Origin: Candidatus Latescibacterota bacterium
Lineage (GTDB): Bacteria > Latescibacterota > UBA2968 > UBA8231
Length of the DNA stretch: 64,000 nucleotides
NCBI GenBank assembly: GCA_965242865.1
Contig: CBDETK010000008.1
Span: 32,001 to 96,000 of the forward strand
Direction: 5' to 3'
The notes below the pieces were generated by a model that was not told the DNA's origin, did not search any database, and was given only the letters and a program-made list of their open reading frames with translations. The first letter of the stretch is position 1. Each line of letters begins with the position of its first letter. The translations under genes and the position numbers were made by a program. Of this stretch, positions 28,970-39,306 are shown in pieces.

Positions 28970-28997
28970 TTGCAGTCCATGTCGCACACTGTATAAT
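28970..28997 (+). promoter_or_regulatory. putative promoter of the R-M operon
   Basis: TTGCAG-N16-TATAAT. Confidence 0.5.
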
Positions 28998-29064
28998 GGT
29001 ATTCGCCTGACGGCAAAGAAGTAGGCCTTTTCCCGCGTCCCCTTGACGCCCGAGTCCCGAAACC

Positions 29065-30510
29065 ATGGCGAGAGCCCAGTTGCACGAACAGCGCGACATC
29101 ATCGCAGAGCCTGTGATTCCACCTGTCACGTCTCCTCACGCTGGCGAGACTACGGCGCGCCAGCTGCTGAACGACCGCTTCGGGGGCCGGGTCGCATTCG
29201 ACCCGGAGTTCACTCGTAGAACAGTCTCGTACCAAGGCAACCGACAAGTCCCCGGACTGCGCTGGATGAAATACAAAGAGGGATTCTCCAGAGCCTTGGT
29301 GGACTACCTGCTGGATGAGTACAAGCCGAATCGTGTACTCGATCCGTTCGCTGGGATAGGCACCACGCCGCTGATCGCCGCCGGTCGGGGAATGCAGGCC
29401 ACCGGAATCGAGATCATGCCGGTCGGGGTCCTCGCCGGTGCCGGAGTTGCTGCAGCTGCTAACGGATTGTCGAGCGTGGCTATCAAGAACGCCGCGGATG
29501 CTATCCAGAATCGGTTGGGGTCGGCGCGGCCCGCTGCACGCAGCCATGCTTTCCCTCACGTGCGGATCACCGAGGGGGCCTTTCCAGCCGAGACTGAGAG
29601 CACCATCGGGAAAGCCCGTGAGTTCATCGCAGGAATGGAGGACGGGCCGGCGAAGACGCTGGTGAATCTTGCTTGTATGTCCGTACTCGAGGCCGTGAGC
29701 TTCACCCGGAAGGACGGCCAGTACCTCCGCTGGGATACCCGATCCGGGCGCAATCTGCGGGCCAGAATGCACAAGGGCCCCATTCTGTCGTTTCAGGATG
29801 CCCTTGAATCACGTCTCTCAGAAATAGCTAGCGATTTGGAATTCGTCAAGCGCAAGTATGGCCGTGGCAGCCCTGAGCTTGTGAACGGCTCCTCCCTTGA
29901 ACTGCTCCGAACCATGCCCGACGCGGCATTCGACATGGTGATCACGTCTCCGCCGTATGCGAACCGTTACGACTACACCCGAACCTACGCGCTGGAACTG
30001 GCTTGGCTGAACCTAGATCAGACTGGTTTCGCTAGGCTCCGGCAACAGATGCTCTCTGCAACTGTTGAAAACCGGAGCAAACTCGATGCACTCAGTGACC
30101 TGTACGCTGACAGGCCGGACCTCCTGCAGCAGGCAGTCACTAGGTACGAGAAGCAAGCGGCTCTTCACGAAGTGCTACGCATACTGAGAACGCATGCCGC
30201 CGAACTTGGCAACCGCCATGTTATACGGCTACTGGAGGGATATTTCCTAGAGATGGCTCTCGTAGTGGCCGAACTTGGGCGCTTAGTGCGACCGGGTGGC
30301 AACGTGATCATGGTCAACGACAACGTGCAATACCATGGGGAGGAAATTCCGGTCGACTTCATTCTTGCCGACCTTGCTGAGCAATCGGGGTTCACCTGCG
30401 CGAAAATCTGGACACTAGCTCGTGGCAAGGGAAATGCGAGCCAACAAATGGGGCGGTTTGGACGTCGCGAGATCCGCAAGTGCGTCTACCGTTGGGTTCG
30501 GGAACGATGA
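29065..30510 (+). CDS. type II DNA methyltransferase (N4-cytosine type, SPPY)
   Basis: RWMKYKEGFS, motif I DPFAGIGTT ahead of motif IV TSPPYANRYDY. Confidence 0.9.
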   Translation: MARAQLHEQRDIIAEPVIPPVTSPHAGETTARQLLNDRFGGRVAFDPEFTRRTVSYQGNRQVPGLRWMKYKEGFSRALVDYLLDEYKPNRVLDPFAGIGTTPLIAAGRGMQATGIEIMPVGVLAGAGVAAAANGLSSVAIKNAADAIQNRLGSARPAARSHAFPHVRITEGAFPAETESTIGKAREFIAGMEDGPAKTLVNLACMSVLEAVSFTRKDGQYLRWDTRSGRNLRARMHKGPILSFQDALESRLSEIASDLEFVKRKYGRGSPELVNGSSLELLRTMPDAAFDMVITSPPYANRYDYTRTYALELAWLNLDQTGFARLRQQMLSATVENRSKLDALSDLYADRPDLLQQAVTRYEKQAALHEVLRILRTHAAELGNRHVIRLLEGYFLEMALVVAELGRLVRPGGNVIMVNDNVQYHGEEIPVDFILADLAEQSGFTCAKIWTLARGKGNASQQMGRFGRREIRKCVYRWVRER

Positions 30511-31418
30511 GTGGACACAAGGACCTGATTCGGCGCTCGAAGTTTCTTTCGGAGCGAATCAGACAACGCACTGACGTCAAGATGAGAGGGCTCGTCGACG
30601 ACTTTCCCGCTCCGCTCGATTTCCAAGACAGGGAAGACCTGCTGATCAGCCAGTCTGCTTGGGAGTACGTAACCAAATCAGGAATCAAGCTGCAGCAAGT
30701 CTTTGCTCACCCTGACTTACTGCGGATGCACCCTGAAACATCGCTTTATTACCGCGGGCTCGCACTGCTTCCATTGAAAAGGGTGCGCACAGCAGTAGGA
30801 GTTGAAGTGAAGTATTGGGAGAAGGGCTTGGTTGAGAACCTGCCGATGGAAAGCGCAAAAGCAGTCTGTCGCCTCTACAACAGCGTCGTTTCCTCGATCA
30901 TCGAAGGAGCTACTGACTGGACGTTGGAAAACGGCTACCGAAACATAATGCACAGCATCGGGATAACGCTCGACGGAGTATTCCGGAACACCATAGGCCA
31001 AGATGCCGAGCGACTGATAAAAACCAAGATTGAAGACTGGCTGCGCGAGCATGAAATGATTGTAGAGCAGGGATCTCGAACTGAATTTGTACTCGCAGGT
31101 GGTGTGAATATGATTTATGGGAGTGACCCCGACATCCTGTTCAAACGGCTAGGACGACAACTAGCCACCATTGAAATCAAGGGTGGCAAAGACCCCGCTG
31201 GCGCACTCGAGCGCCTTGGTGCCATGCAGAAGAGCTTCGATGCAACGCCTGCCACTTGTCAGAACATCCTAATTGCAGGCGTCGTTACGGCGGAAATGCA
31301 GACCCGACTCGAGCAGCTAGGTGTCCGTAGCGTCTTTATCCTTGACGACCTCTTGAATGACGACGAATGGCGCAGATTCACTCGAGAAGTATTCCATCAC
31401 ATACTTCGACTTCATTAG
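30507..31418 (+). CDS. type II restriction endonuclease, PD-(D/E)XK, XcyI-like family
   Basis: SDPDI...ATIEIKGGKDPAGALERLGA; ATGA overlap with the MTase; lower GC. Confidence 0.75.
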   Translation: MSGHKDLIRRSKFLSERIRQRTDVKMRGLVDDFPAPLDFQDREDLLISQSAWEYVTKSGIKLQQVFAHPDLLRMHPETSLYYRGLALLPLKRVRTAVGVEVKYWEKGLVENLPMESAKAVCRLYNSVVSSIIEGATDWTLENGYRNIMHSIGITLDGVFRNTIGQDAERLIKTKIEDWLREHEMIVEQGSRTEFVLAGGVNMIYGSDPDILFKRLGRQLATIEIKGGKDPAGALERLGAMQKSFDATPATCQNILIAGVVTAEMQTRLEQLGVRSVFILDDLLNDDEWRRFTREVFHHILRLH

Positions 31419-31465
31419 GGATCTCCCCTAGGTGACTTGGTTGGTAATTACCTAGGCACCAGTCA

Positions 31466-31748
31466 ACATGACCTATGGCCAGTTAAGAATGTTAAGGGAT
31501 TTCCAGCTCTTGAGCCCCAATGCGGAAGCTGTCGGAATCCTTGATCAGTCTCAATCGGATCCTTTCGTTGGGGCAGATCGGACTGCTCGCGCGGGTTGGG
31601 AACACCAAGATCCAGACCGCGCGCGAGTGTGCCCTCGCCGAACGCTACGCTTTGCCAGTGCAAGTCGTGATCCCAGCTAGTTGTCCGCCACGAAGCAGCC
31701 CATTCGACAAAGGTTCGCGCAACCCGCGCGGTAGCCCGCCACAGCGCT
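31466..31748 (+). repeat. dispersed structured repeat, copy C
   Basis: ACATGACCTATGGCCAGTTAAGAATGTTAAGGG... aligns to copies A and B. Confidence 0.85.
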
Positions 31749-32039
31749 CCTCGCTGCGTCCGTGCCCGGTTGCTGTGGGGCCAAAACCATTAACCCGGCC
31801 GCTGGCCGGCTACGACTCTCCGGCGAGTGTTCTGCTCACCCAAAGGCCTTGTTTCACTTGGTCTTGTCACGAAGCGACTGCCGCGACCGACCGTAGGCGT
31901 CATGTCGTCTGAGGCAGATTGCTCGGACTTGGTTGCGGTCATCGGGTAACGCTTGGTACCAGTCCGCCCAGCGATGCCGGGATCAGGCTTAGGTTCGCCC
32001 TAGCGATTCTGCCTTCAGAATCGACAGATCATGAAGGGG

Positions 32040-32422
32040 ATCTGGGCTACCGGACCAATCGGAAACTCAATGCTCGTGAGATGAGTCGGTTGCAGACGTT
32101 TCCCGACGGCCTCGAATTCGATTGTGGACGCACGCATGTCCAGGAGTTGCTCGGGAACGCCGTGCCCCCGCTGCTGGCGGAGGTGCTGGCGGAGGTGCTG
32201 GCGCGAGAGATCCGGAATCAACTCTTCAATGGTGCCACCGATCCACGCCCTCTCAAACTGATACCCCCAGTGGGGTCACAGACACCGCCTCGGGAAACGG
32301 TCGGGCCCGTGCCAGTGCAGTACCGTCAGCTGGTGGTGGAGCATGCCGATCGCCCGGCAACAAGCAAGCGACAGCCGCAAGGCGTTCCTACCCGCCGTCC
32401 CGAGCCCGGTGCGGTCGCATGA
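32040..32422 (+). pseudogene. C-terminal remnant of a C5-cytosine methyltransferase (Dcm-like)
   Basis: Motifs IX-X RKLNAREMSRLQTFPD...LGNAVPPLLA; catalytic N-terminal part absent; contains a tandem 12-bp duplication (GCTGGCGGAGGT). Confidence 0.8.
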
Positions 32423-32433
32423 TCGAAGTCAAT

Positions 32434-33648
32434 TCATGCTTCTTCGCCGCTCGGGGCCTCCGCCGACCGCTCGGCTTCCCTCAGGTCGTTGAATTCGTGC
32501 AACATTTCGGCCAGGTCGCCTGGGATGTATACGCGATCATGGCTGATGTCCGAGGTTTCTTCCACGAGTTCGAGTTGCACGAGGCGATCCAAAGCCCTTC
32601 TGACCGTACGCTCAGAGAAATCGGTCTTGGCCACCAGCCATGACACTGGGGCTAGGGGCTTCTCCAGCAGTGCCTCGTGGACCATCTGGGCCGACAGCAC
32701 TCCCTCTTCCATGCTCTGGATCTGCTCCCGCGTCCTTGCGACCAGAACGTTGGCACGTGTGATGGCCTTCAAGGCCCATTCCGCCGCGTAGATCGCGGCG
32801 TCTGCGAAGAATTCAAGCCACAGTGTCCAGTCACCTGTCTCGCGGACGGAGTTCAGCAGGTGGTAGTAGCGTTGCTGGCGGACACAGATGTAAAGACTCA
32901 GGCACAGCAGGGGCTCCCGCAGGACCTTCGCTTCATGGAGGATCAGCGTGATGAGTAAGCGCCCGATCCGGCCGTTCCCGTCCAGAAAGGGATGGATAGT
33001 TTCGAACTGGAGATGAGCGACCGCCGCTTTGACCAGCGCCGAGTCCTCTCGACCCGACTCGGGTTCATCGTGCAAGAACAGTTCCAAGTCACCCATGTGC
33101 TCCAGCACGTGATCGGCCGGCGGCGGGACGAACGCGGCGTCTCCCGGACGCTTGCCGCCGATCCAGACTTGGCTCCGCCTGAAATCGCCTGGAGTCAAGT
33201 GCATGTCACGCTCACCCGAGAGCAGCACCGCGTGCGTCTCCCGCAGCAGGCGCAGGGAGAGCGGAAATCCCTCATCAAGGCGTCGGAGTCCGTGGTCGAA
33301 TGCGCGCACAAGATTCAAGACCACGTCGACTTTGCCCCACGGATTCTTCGCAACGAGGTTTCCCTCAATCTGCACGAGGTCCCGCATCTGGGCGAATAGA
33401 TGCTCGATCCTGGAAGAGAAAACCGCTTCCTTGCGGACGAGCACGAATGCCAGCAAGGACTTGGCCCGAGAGTGTGCCGACGTAGCGCTCAAGCATTCGA
33501 TCGCGTAATCAGCTTCATCGAACTTGTCCACCAGATCTGCTGTCCATTCGATGGGCGGCCGCGGCCGCAGTAGCGGCGGAATAAACGCTTCCACCTTCTC
33601 GCCACCCGTGATGACCGTCTCGTAGTGTCCGTGCTGATCGGCATGCAT
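32434..33648 (-). CDS. Fic family protein
   Basis: HPFLDGNGRIGR; N-terminal EAVFSSRIE; C-terminal HTH; RBS GGAGG. Confidence 0.92.
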   Translation of the reverse strand: MHADQHGHYETVITGGEKVEAFIPPLLRPRPPIEWTADLVDKFDEADYAIECLSATSAHSRAKSLLAFVLVRKEAVFSSRIEHLFAQMRDLVQIEGNLVAKNPWGKVDVVLNLVRAFDHGLRRLDEGFPLSLRLLRETHAVLLSGERDMHLTPGDFRRSQVWIGGKRPGDAAFVPPPADHVLEHMGDLELFLHDEPESGREDSALVKAAVAHLQFETIHPFLDGNGRIGRLLITLILHEAKVLREPLLCLSLYICVRQQRYYHLLNSVRETGDWTLWLEFFADAAIYAAEWALKAITRANVLVARTREQIQSMEEGVLSAQMVHEALLEKPLAPVSWLVAKTDFSERTVRRALDRLVQLELVEETSDISHDRVYIPGDLAEMLHEFNDLREAERSAEAPSGEEA

Positions 33649-34229
33649 TGAGTTCCAGCCTCCTTTTTACAAGATCCTTGTCATACGATACCGCGAAGCG
33701 GGTAGCTCGAGCAAGCGGCGTCCATGGAACGCTGCCGAGCGAGGTCCCGTAGACGCCTCTCTGCCTACCCCGGGCCGCCTAGCGGCAACTTCCGCCAATC
33801 ACCGACGGATGGACGGGACGCGTCGGGCTCGAGAGCCGGACCGCCGTCGTTCGCCAAGACCCGGGAAGGCAATTTCAATGCATCGCGGGCGAAGATCTGA
33901 CGGCTCCCACTCGACAGAGCCCGCCGCACGCTTCCACCATGTCGCGCTCAACGTTCGTCACCTCACCCTCCTCCTTCCGTGCCGTGCCCCGAGCAACTCG
34001 AATCCCGGCCGGTGAAGGTTTCTTCAGTCTCGGTACGGTCAACCATCGCGGCGGTTCGCGCGGGACCGGCCCTCCGAGGGCGTTGCATCGCGCCCCAAGC
34101 GCAAGCATCGGCGCGGTTGCAGCGAGTGCCCGCAATCCGTTGCTCGGCAGGCGATCGGGGCCGCAGTTCGACCCCTGTACTCGCATGCGGTGTGGTACGC
34201 TTACTGGCCGAATCCCTAGGAGGATTTTC

Positions 34230-35486
34230 ATGAATCGCGACCGACTCTTCCTTGCCAGTTGCGTGGCGCTCGTCACCACGTCCATGGTGTTCTCCATCCG
34301 CGGCGACGTGCTCGACGCGCTCGGGGTCGACTTCAAGCTGACCAAGGAGCAACTGGGCCAGCTGTTGAGCCCAGCGTTCCTAGGCTTCACCGTGTCGATC
34401 CTGATCGGCGGGTCCTTGGTCGACGTGTTCGGGATGCGACGGCTGCTGACGATCTCGGGATGGTTCTACGTAGCGGCGATTCTCGTGATCGTCCTCGCCC
34501 CGTTTCCCGATGCCCCGATCGAGGCCATCACCGGTAATCCGATCACGATGCTTGTATGGTTCGCGATGCTGACTCTGGGGCTGGCGCAGGGGCTCGTGGA
34601 GGGCGTGATCAACCCGCTGTGCTCGACGCTCTACCCCGAAGACAAGACGCATCGCATGAACGTCCTCCATGCGTGGTGGCCCGGCGGCTTGATCGTCGGC
34701 GGCTTGCTGGCGTTCTTGATCACGATGGTGATGGGGCTCGGCGACGATGTTGTCACCCCCGCGACAGCCACGCTCGGCTGGCGCATCAAGCTGCTGACGA
34801 TCTTGATCGTCGCGGTCGGCTACCTGTACTTGATTCGCGGCCAGGAGTTTCCCAAGACCGAGCGGGTCGCCGCCGGCGTGAGCAACCGGGACATGCTGCG
34901 CGACCTGCTCAGGCCCTCGTTCATCGCCCTGTGGGGTTGCATGTGGCTGACTTCCGCGACGGAACTGGGTCCGGACCAGTGGACGGCGTCCTTGATCACC
35001 AATCTGACCGGCATGCAGGGCATCCTGATTCTGGTCTACACGGCGGGCATCATGTTCGTGCTCCGCTTTTTCGGCGGGCCCTTGGCCCACAAGTTCTCGC
35101 CGTTCGGATTGCTGACGATCTCCGCGGTGCTCGCGGCCGCGGGCCTGTACTCGCTGGGCTCGGTGTCGACGATGATGGGCGCGTTCGCCGCGGCCACGCT
35201 GTTCGGCGTTGGCAAGACCTACTTCTGGCCCTGCATGCTGGGGATTACGTCGGAGCAGTACCCGAAGGGTGGCCCGGTGGCCCTGGCCTTGATGGGCGGC
35301 ACGGGCAATCTCGCGATCGCGTTGGTGCTGCCGTTCATGGGTCGCTGGTACGACAACGACGGCGCGGCCGCCGCCTTCCAGTACGTTTCGGTCATGCCGG
35401 TGGCGCTGGTCGTCTTCTTCGGACTGTTCTTCCTGTACTTCCGCAGCAAGGGCGGCTACAAGCCCGTGGAACTCGCCCAGCAGTAG
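34230..35486 (+). CDS. MFS transporter
   Basis: About 12 hydrophobic segments; LHAWWPGG, GKTYFWP; RBS AGGAGG before ATG 34230. Confidence 0.88.
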   Translation: MNRDRLFLASCVALVTTSMVFSIRGDVLDALGVDFKLTKEQLGQLLSPAFLGFTVSILIGGSLVDVFGMRRLLTISGWFYVAAILVIVLAPFPDAPIEAITGNPITMLVWFAMLTLGLAQGLVEGVINPLCSTLYPEDKTHRMNVLHAWWPGGLIVGGLLAFLITMVMGLGDDVVTPATATLGWRIKLLTILIVAVGYLYLIRGQEFPKTERVAAGVSNRDMLRDLLRPSFIALWGCMWLTSATELGPDQWTASLITNLTGMQGILILVYTAGIMFVLRFFGGPLAHKFSPFGLLTISAVLAAAGLYSLGSVSTMMGAFAAATLFGVGKTYFWPCMLGITSEQYPKGGPVALALMGGTGNLAIALVLPFMGRWYDNDGAAAAFQYVSVMPVALVVFFGLFFLYFRSKGGYKPVELAQQ

Positions 35487-35499
35487 CGCAGGTCGCTAA

Positions 35500-35982
35500 A
35501 TGAAGAGGCACCCGGCACTGGTTCCGCTTTCGAGGCAGCACCACGACGGGTTGGCGCTCGGGGTGTTCATCGAGAGAGGTCTGCGACAAGGCGCGGATCC
35601 GGGCGAGCCGGAACGCTTGCGCAAGCAGGTGCTGGACGCTTGGGAATTCGAGCTCAAGGGACACTTCGAGGTCGAGGAACGAGTGCTGTTTCCAGCCGTG
35701 CGCGAATCCATCCCGGATCCGCGCGCGGTCGACTTGCTCATTCGCGAGCATCAAGAGATCCGCCAGCTGATCGACTCCCTGCGAACCGCCGATGACGACA
35801 GGCTGCGAGACGCCCTGCTCGCGGTGCGCAGCGTCCTGACCCGCCACATCCGTACCGAGGAACGCGTGCTGTTCGAGGCCGTGCAGGAAAGCTTGGAAGA
35901 GGCCGACCTGCTGGCGCTGGGCCGAAAGATCGACGAAGCCTTGCCGACAGCCTGCCTGCGGATGGGCAGTGCGCAGGTCTGA
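35500..35982 (+). CDS. hemerythrin domain protein
   Basis: LSRQHH, HFEVEE..LFP, EH..I, HIRTEER.LF. Confidence 0.88.
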   Translation: MKRHPALVPLSRQHHDGLALGVFIERGLRQGADPGEPERLRKQVLDAWEFELKGHFEVEERVLFPAVRESIPDPRAVDLLIREHQEIRQLIDSLRTADDDRLRDALLAVRSVLTRHIRTEERVLFEAVQESLEEADLLALGRKIDEALPTACLRMGSAQV

Positions 35983-36014
35983 GTCCCGGGAACGTTCCGC
36001 GGAGCGCTGCCGGA

Positions 36015-37052
36015 TCAGGTCCGTTCGAGGCTGCGCTTCAAGTTCGCTTCGATCTGGCGGTTGATGCCGCCGGTCTCGAACTCCACGGCCACCCGGATCG
36101 CGTTCTTGATCGCCTGGCAGCTCGAGCTGCCGTGGCAGATGATCACCCCGCCCCGCACGCCGAGCATCGGCGCGCCGCCGTACTCCTCGTAATCGACCCG
36201 CTTCTTGAACTCCTCGAACGCGCCCTTGGCGAGGCTGTAGCCGATCTGGCGCATGACGGTCGCTTCCAGCGATTCGATCAGCATTTTCTTGATGCTCGCG
36301 ACCAGTCCCTCGCTGACCTTCAGCGCCACGTTGCCGATGAAGCCGTCGCACACGACCACGTCCGCGTTGCCGCTGAACAGGTCCCGCCCCTCGACGTTGC
36401 CCACGAACTGGAACCCCTCTTGCTTCAGCAGCGGCGTGGTCTCCCGCGTGAGTTCGTTGCCCTTCTGCTCTTCCTCTCCGATCGAAAGCAGTCCGATGCG
36501 CGGCTGCTCCAACCCGAACAGGATGCGCGTGTACGCGTCGCCCATCACGGCGAACTGCACCAGCATCGCCGCCGTGCAATCCACGTTCGCCCCGACGTCG
36601 AGCACCAGCGTGCGCCCTCCGGTGCCGGTCGGAAACGTTTGCGCGACCGCCGGACGATAGACGCCCGGGATGCGACCGAGCACCTTCAGGGCGGTGGCCA
36701 TGACCGCGCCCGTGTTGCCCGCCGAGACCAATCCGGCCGCGCGTCCCTGCAGCACCTGCTCGGCTGCCAAGCGAATGGAGCTTTCCTTCTTGGTGCGGAG
36801 GGCCTTGGAGGGGTTGTCGTGCATCGTGACCACGTCGCTGGCGTGGACGATTTCGATCTTGCCGCGCGCCGGGAAGTACTTGGAGAGTTCCTTCCGCAGG
36901 ACATCCTCGCGTCCCACGAGCAGGATCTTGGCACCGAATTCCTCGGCTGCCAGCAGGGATCCCTCGACCTCGGCGACAGGGGCTCCGTCGCTGCCCATGG
37001 CATCGACAGCGACAGTGATCGGTTCCGGCACGGGGTTTCCGGTTCCTAGCAC
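36015..37052 (-). CDS. plsX: phosphate acyltransferase
   Basis: [49 protein letters not shown]. Confidence 0.96.
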   Translation of the reverse strand: MLGTGNPVPEPITVAVDAMGSDGAPVAEVEGSLLAAEEFGAKILLVGREDVLRKELSKYFPARGKIEIVHASDVVTMHDNPSKALRTKKESSIRLAAEQVLQGRAAGLVSAGNTGAVMATALKVLGRIPGVYRPAVAQTFPTGTGGRTLVLDVGANVDCTAAMLVQFAVMGDAYTRILFGLEQPRIGLLSIGEEEQKGNELTRETTPLLKQEGFQFVGNVEGRDLFSGNADVVVCDGFIGNVALKVSEGLVASIKKMLIESLEATVMRQIGYSLAKGAFEEFKKRVDYEEYGGAPMLGVRGGVIICHGSSSCQAIKNAIRVAVEFETGGINRQIEANLKRSLERT

Positions 37053-37058
37053 TTTCAG

Positions 37059-37241
37059 CTACTCGGACTCGACCTCGATCACCTGCCGACCCCTGTAGTA
37101 GCCGCACTTCGGGCAGACGCGATGCGGCACCGTGCTCTCGCCGCACTGCGAGCAGAGCGAGTCTGCCGACTCGACGAGGTGGTCGTGCGCGCGTCGCTTG
37201 CCCGTGCGGGATCTGGAATGTCGTCGTTTGGGATTCGGCAT
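37059..37241 (-). CDS. rpmF: 50S ribosomal protein L32
   Basis: MPNPKRRHS...CSQCG...HRVCPKCGYY. Confidence 0.96.
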   Translation of the reverse strand: MPNPKRRHSRSRTGKRRAHDHLVESADSLCSQCGESTVPHRVCPKCGYYRGRQVIEVESE

Positions 37242-37272
37242 GGTTCGATGCTCCTGATGGTGGTAATCGGGC

Positions 37273-37815
37273 TCAATGCTTGTATTTTAGATGGCGCAAG
37301 CCGTCCCAGCGGGGATCGGCGAACGCGTCGCGGCAGTCGCAGGGCTCGACGTTGCGATCCGCCTTGCAGATCGGGCAGATGCCCTTGCAGTCGGGATCGC
37401 ACAGGTAGCGGGCCGGCAGCCAGAGCAGCAATTGCTCCTGCACCACTTGCGTCAAGCCGATGCCGCCATCCTCGTAGAAACCCACTTCGGTCTGCTCGCG
37501 CGTGATCGCGGTCTCGCCGCTCTGCTCGATGATCTCCATCGGATAGAAGTACAGCTCGAAGCTCTCGTCGAAGTCGCGCCGCAAATCCTTGAGGCAGCGG
37601 TCGCAGGCATGGACGGCGTTCGCTTGCAGCCGCCCTTTGACGCGAATCGTGCGGAGTCCTTGCTTGTCCAGCAGCTCGGCCTTGCCCGCGACCTGCGCGG
37701 GCCCGGCCAGGCCCCACCCGTCGATCAGCTCCAGCAGCCTCGGTTGGATCGCCGTCTCGAAGCGAAACGGCTTGCGCTCCAGTGCTGTCGCGTCGATGAA
37801 AAGCCTCCGATCCAC
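37273..37815 (-). CDS. yceD: DUF177/YceD family protein
   Basis: CDRCL, LC..DCKGICP.C, DPRW; canonical position upstream of rpmF. Confidence 0.92.
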   Translation of the reverse strand: MDRRLFIDATALERKPFRFETAIQPRLLELIDGWGLAGPAQVAGKAELLDKQGLRTIRVKGRLQANAVHACDRCLKDLRRDFDESFELYFYPMEIIEQSGETAITREQTEVGFYEDGGIGLTQVVQEQLLLWLPARYLCDPDCKGICPICKADRNVEPCDCRDAFADPRWDGLRHLKYKH

Positions 37816-37926
37816 GCCACGACACTCCCAGTCTAGCGACAGCGACCGAGTTCCCGCAAACCGCCGTTCGAGGCAGCGGGCGGGATGCGGTCTCGCGCCC
37901 CCTTCCTACAATGGTTGCTTCGGCCC

Positions 37927-39228
37927 ATGAAAATCAAGGATCTGCGGGTTCACTCCATTGCCATCGCCGACCCGCCGCTACGCAGCTCGTACGGGTTGCA
38001 CGCGCCGTACGCGTTGCGGAACATCGTCGAGGTCGAGAGCGAGGACGGCATCGTCGGGATCGCGGAGACCTACGGCGGCGAGGGTCCGGCCGACGCCTTG
38101 CGCCAGCTCAAGCCCGAAGTGGTCGGCGCCGATGCCTACCGCGTCACCGGCGACCTCTTGGAACTCGCGGACGGCGCGGGCGCGGGAGCCGAGCGCTCCC
38201 ACGTCATGCGCACGCCCGGCGAGAATCCCCTCGATGCCGGGCCGCGCACGTACTCCGCGTTGGAGACCGCCTGCCTGGACCTGATCGGTCGCAGCACCGG
38301 CGTCCCGGCGTGCGACCTGCTCGGCGGCCGCTGCCGGGACGCGGTGCCGTTTTCGGCCTATGCCTTTTACAAGCACGCGGGTGGTGGCGGCGAGGGTGCC
38401 GATGCGCGCGAGGACAAGTACGGCGAGTGCCTGACGCCCGCCTCGATCGTGGCGCAGGTGCGCTCGATGGTCGACGAATACGGGTTCCGGGACATCAAGC
38501 TCAAGGGCGGAGTGCTCGATCCGGACGACGAAATCGAAGCCATCCGCCAGCTGCGGTCGGAGTTCGGATCCGACATGCCCTTGCGCATCGATCCGAATTC
38601 GGCTTGGACGGTCGAGACATCGGTGCGGGTCGGCGAGCGCTTGCGCGAAGAGCTGCGGGGCGGAGGCTATCTCGAGGACCCAGCTGCCGGACTCGACGGC
38701 ATGGCCGCGACCCGCCGCGAGCTGCTGCGACGGGGCATCGACACACCCTTGGCGAGCAACGTGGCCGTGACTTCGTTCGCCCATCTGCCCGAGGCGATCT
38801 CGCGAGATGCCGTGCAGGTCGTCCTGTGCGATCACCACTTCTGGGGCGGCATGCGCCAGGTCCAGCACTTGGGCAAGCTCTGCCAGACATTCGGGCTGGC
38901 GCTCTCGATGCACTCCAACTCGCACCTCGGCGTATCGCTGATGGCCATGGCGCACGTGGCGGCCGCCACCCGGAACCTGACGTACGCCTGCGACACGCAC
39001 TACCCGTGGCAGGCTGCGGACGAAGTGATCGCGGGTGGGCGTTTGGCATTCGAGGGCGGCGCCTTGCGGATTCCCGACCGGGGCGGCCTGGGCGTCGATC
39101 TGGACTACGACCAGCTCGAGCGATTGAAGGCACGCTACGCTGCGATTCCGTACCGGCGGCGCGATGACGAAGCGGAAATGCGCAAGCATATCGACCCGAC
39201 TTGGCGCAGGGTACTGCCGCGGTGGTAG
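37927..39228 (+). CDS. glucarate dehydratase-like enolase superfamily enzyme
   Basis: DPPL...GLHAPYALR, GETYGG-like, KLKGG, LRIDPNSAW, YLEDP, SMHSNSHLG, DTHYPW. Confidence 0.85.
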   Translation: MKIKDLRVHSIAIADPPLRSSYGLHAPYALRNIVEVESEDGIVGIAETYGGEGPADALRQLKPEVVGADAYRVTGDLLELADGAGAGAERSHVMRTPGENPLDAGPRTYSALETACLDLIGRSTGVPACDLLGGRCRDAVPFSAYAFYKHAGGGGEGADAREDKYGECLTPASIVAQVRSMVDEYGFRDIKLKGGVLDPDDEIEAIRQLRSEFGSDMPLRIDPNSAWTVETSVRVGERLREELRGGGYLEDPAAGLDGMAATRRELLRRGIDTPLASNVAVTSFAHLPEAISRDAVQVVLCDHHFWGGMRQVQHLGKLCQTFGLALSMHSNSHLGVSLMAMAHVAAATRNLTYACDTHYPWQAADEVIAGGRLAFEGGALRIPDRGGLGVDLDYDQLERLKARYAAIPYRRRDDEAEMRKHIDPTWRRVLPRW

Positions 39229-39306
39229 TATCTGTTGCGTGTTTTCCGTCCGGTCGTGTTGCATACCGGACGGCAAGAGTCTACGATCAATGCACCGGAA
39301 GGAGGG

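Noticed and set aside
10735-31748. Calling the dispersed hairpin element a canonical integron attC site
   Set aside because: No consistent RYYYAAC...GTTRRRY ends in the three copies, copies are not in tandem array, and there is no intI in the window. Kept only as an analogy.
35392-37146. 584-aa minus-strand ORF across plsX and the hemerythrin gene
   Set aside because: Alternative-frame, Arg/Gly-rich, overlapping well-supported genes.
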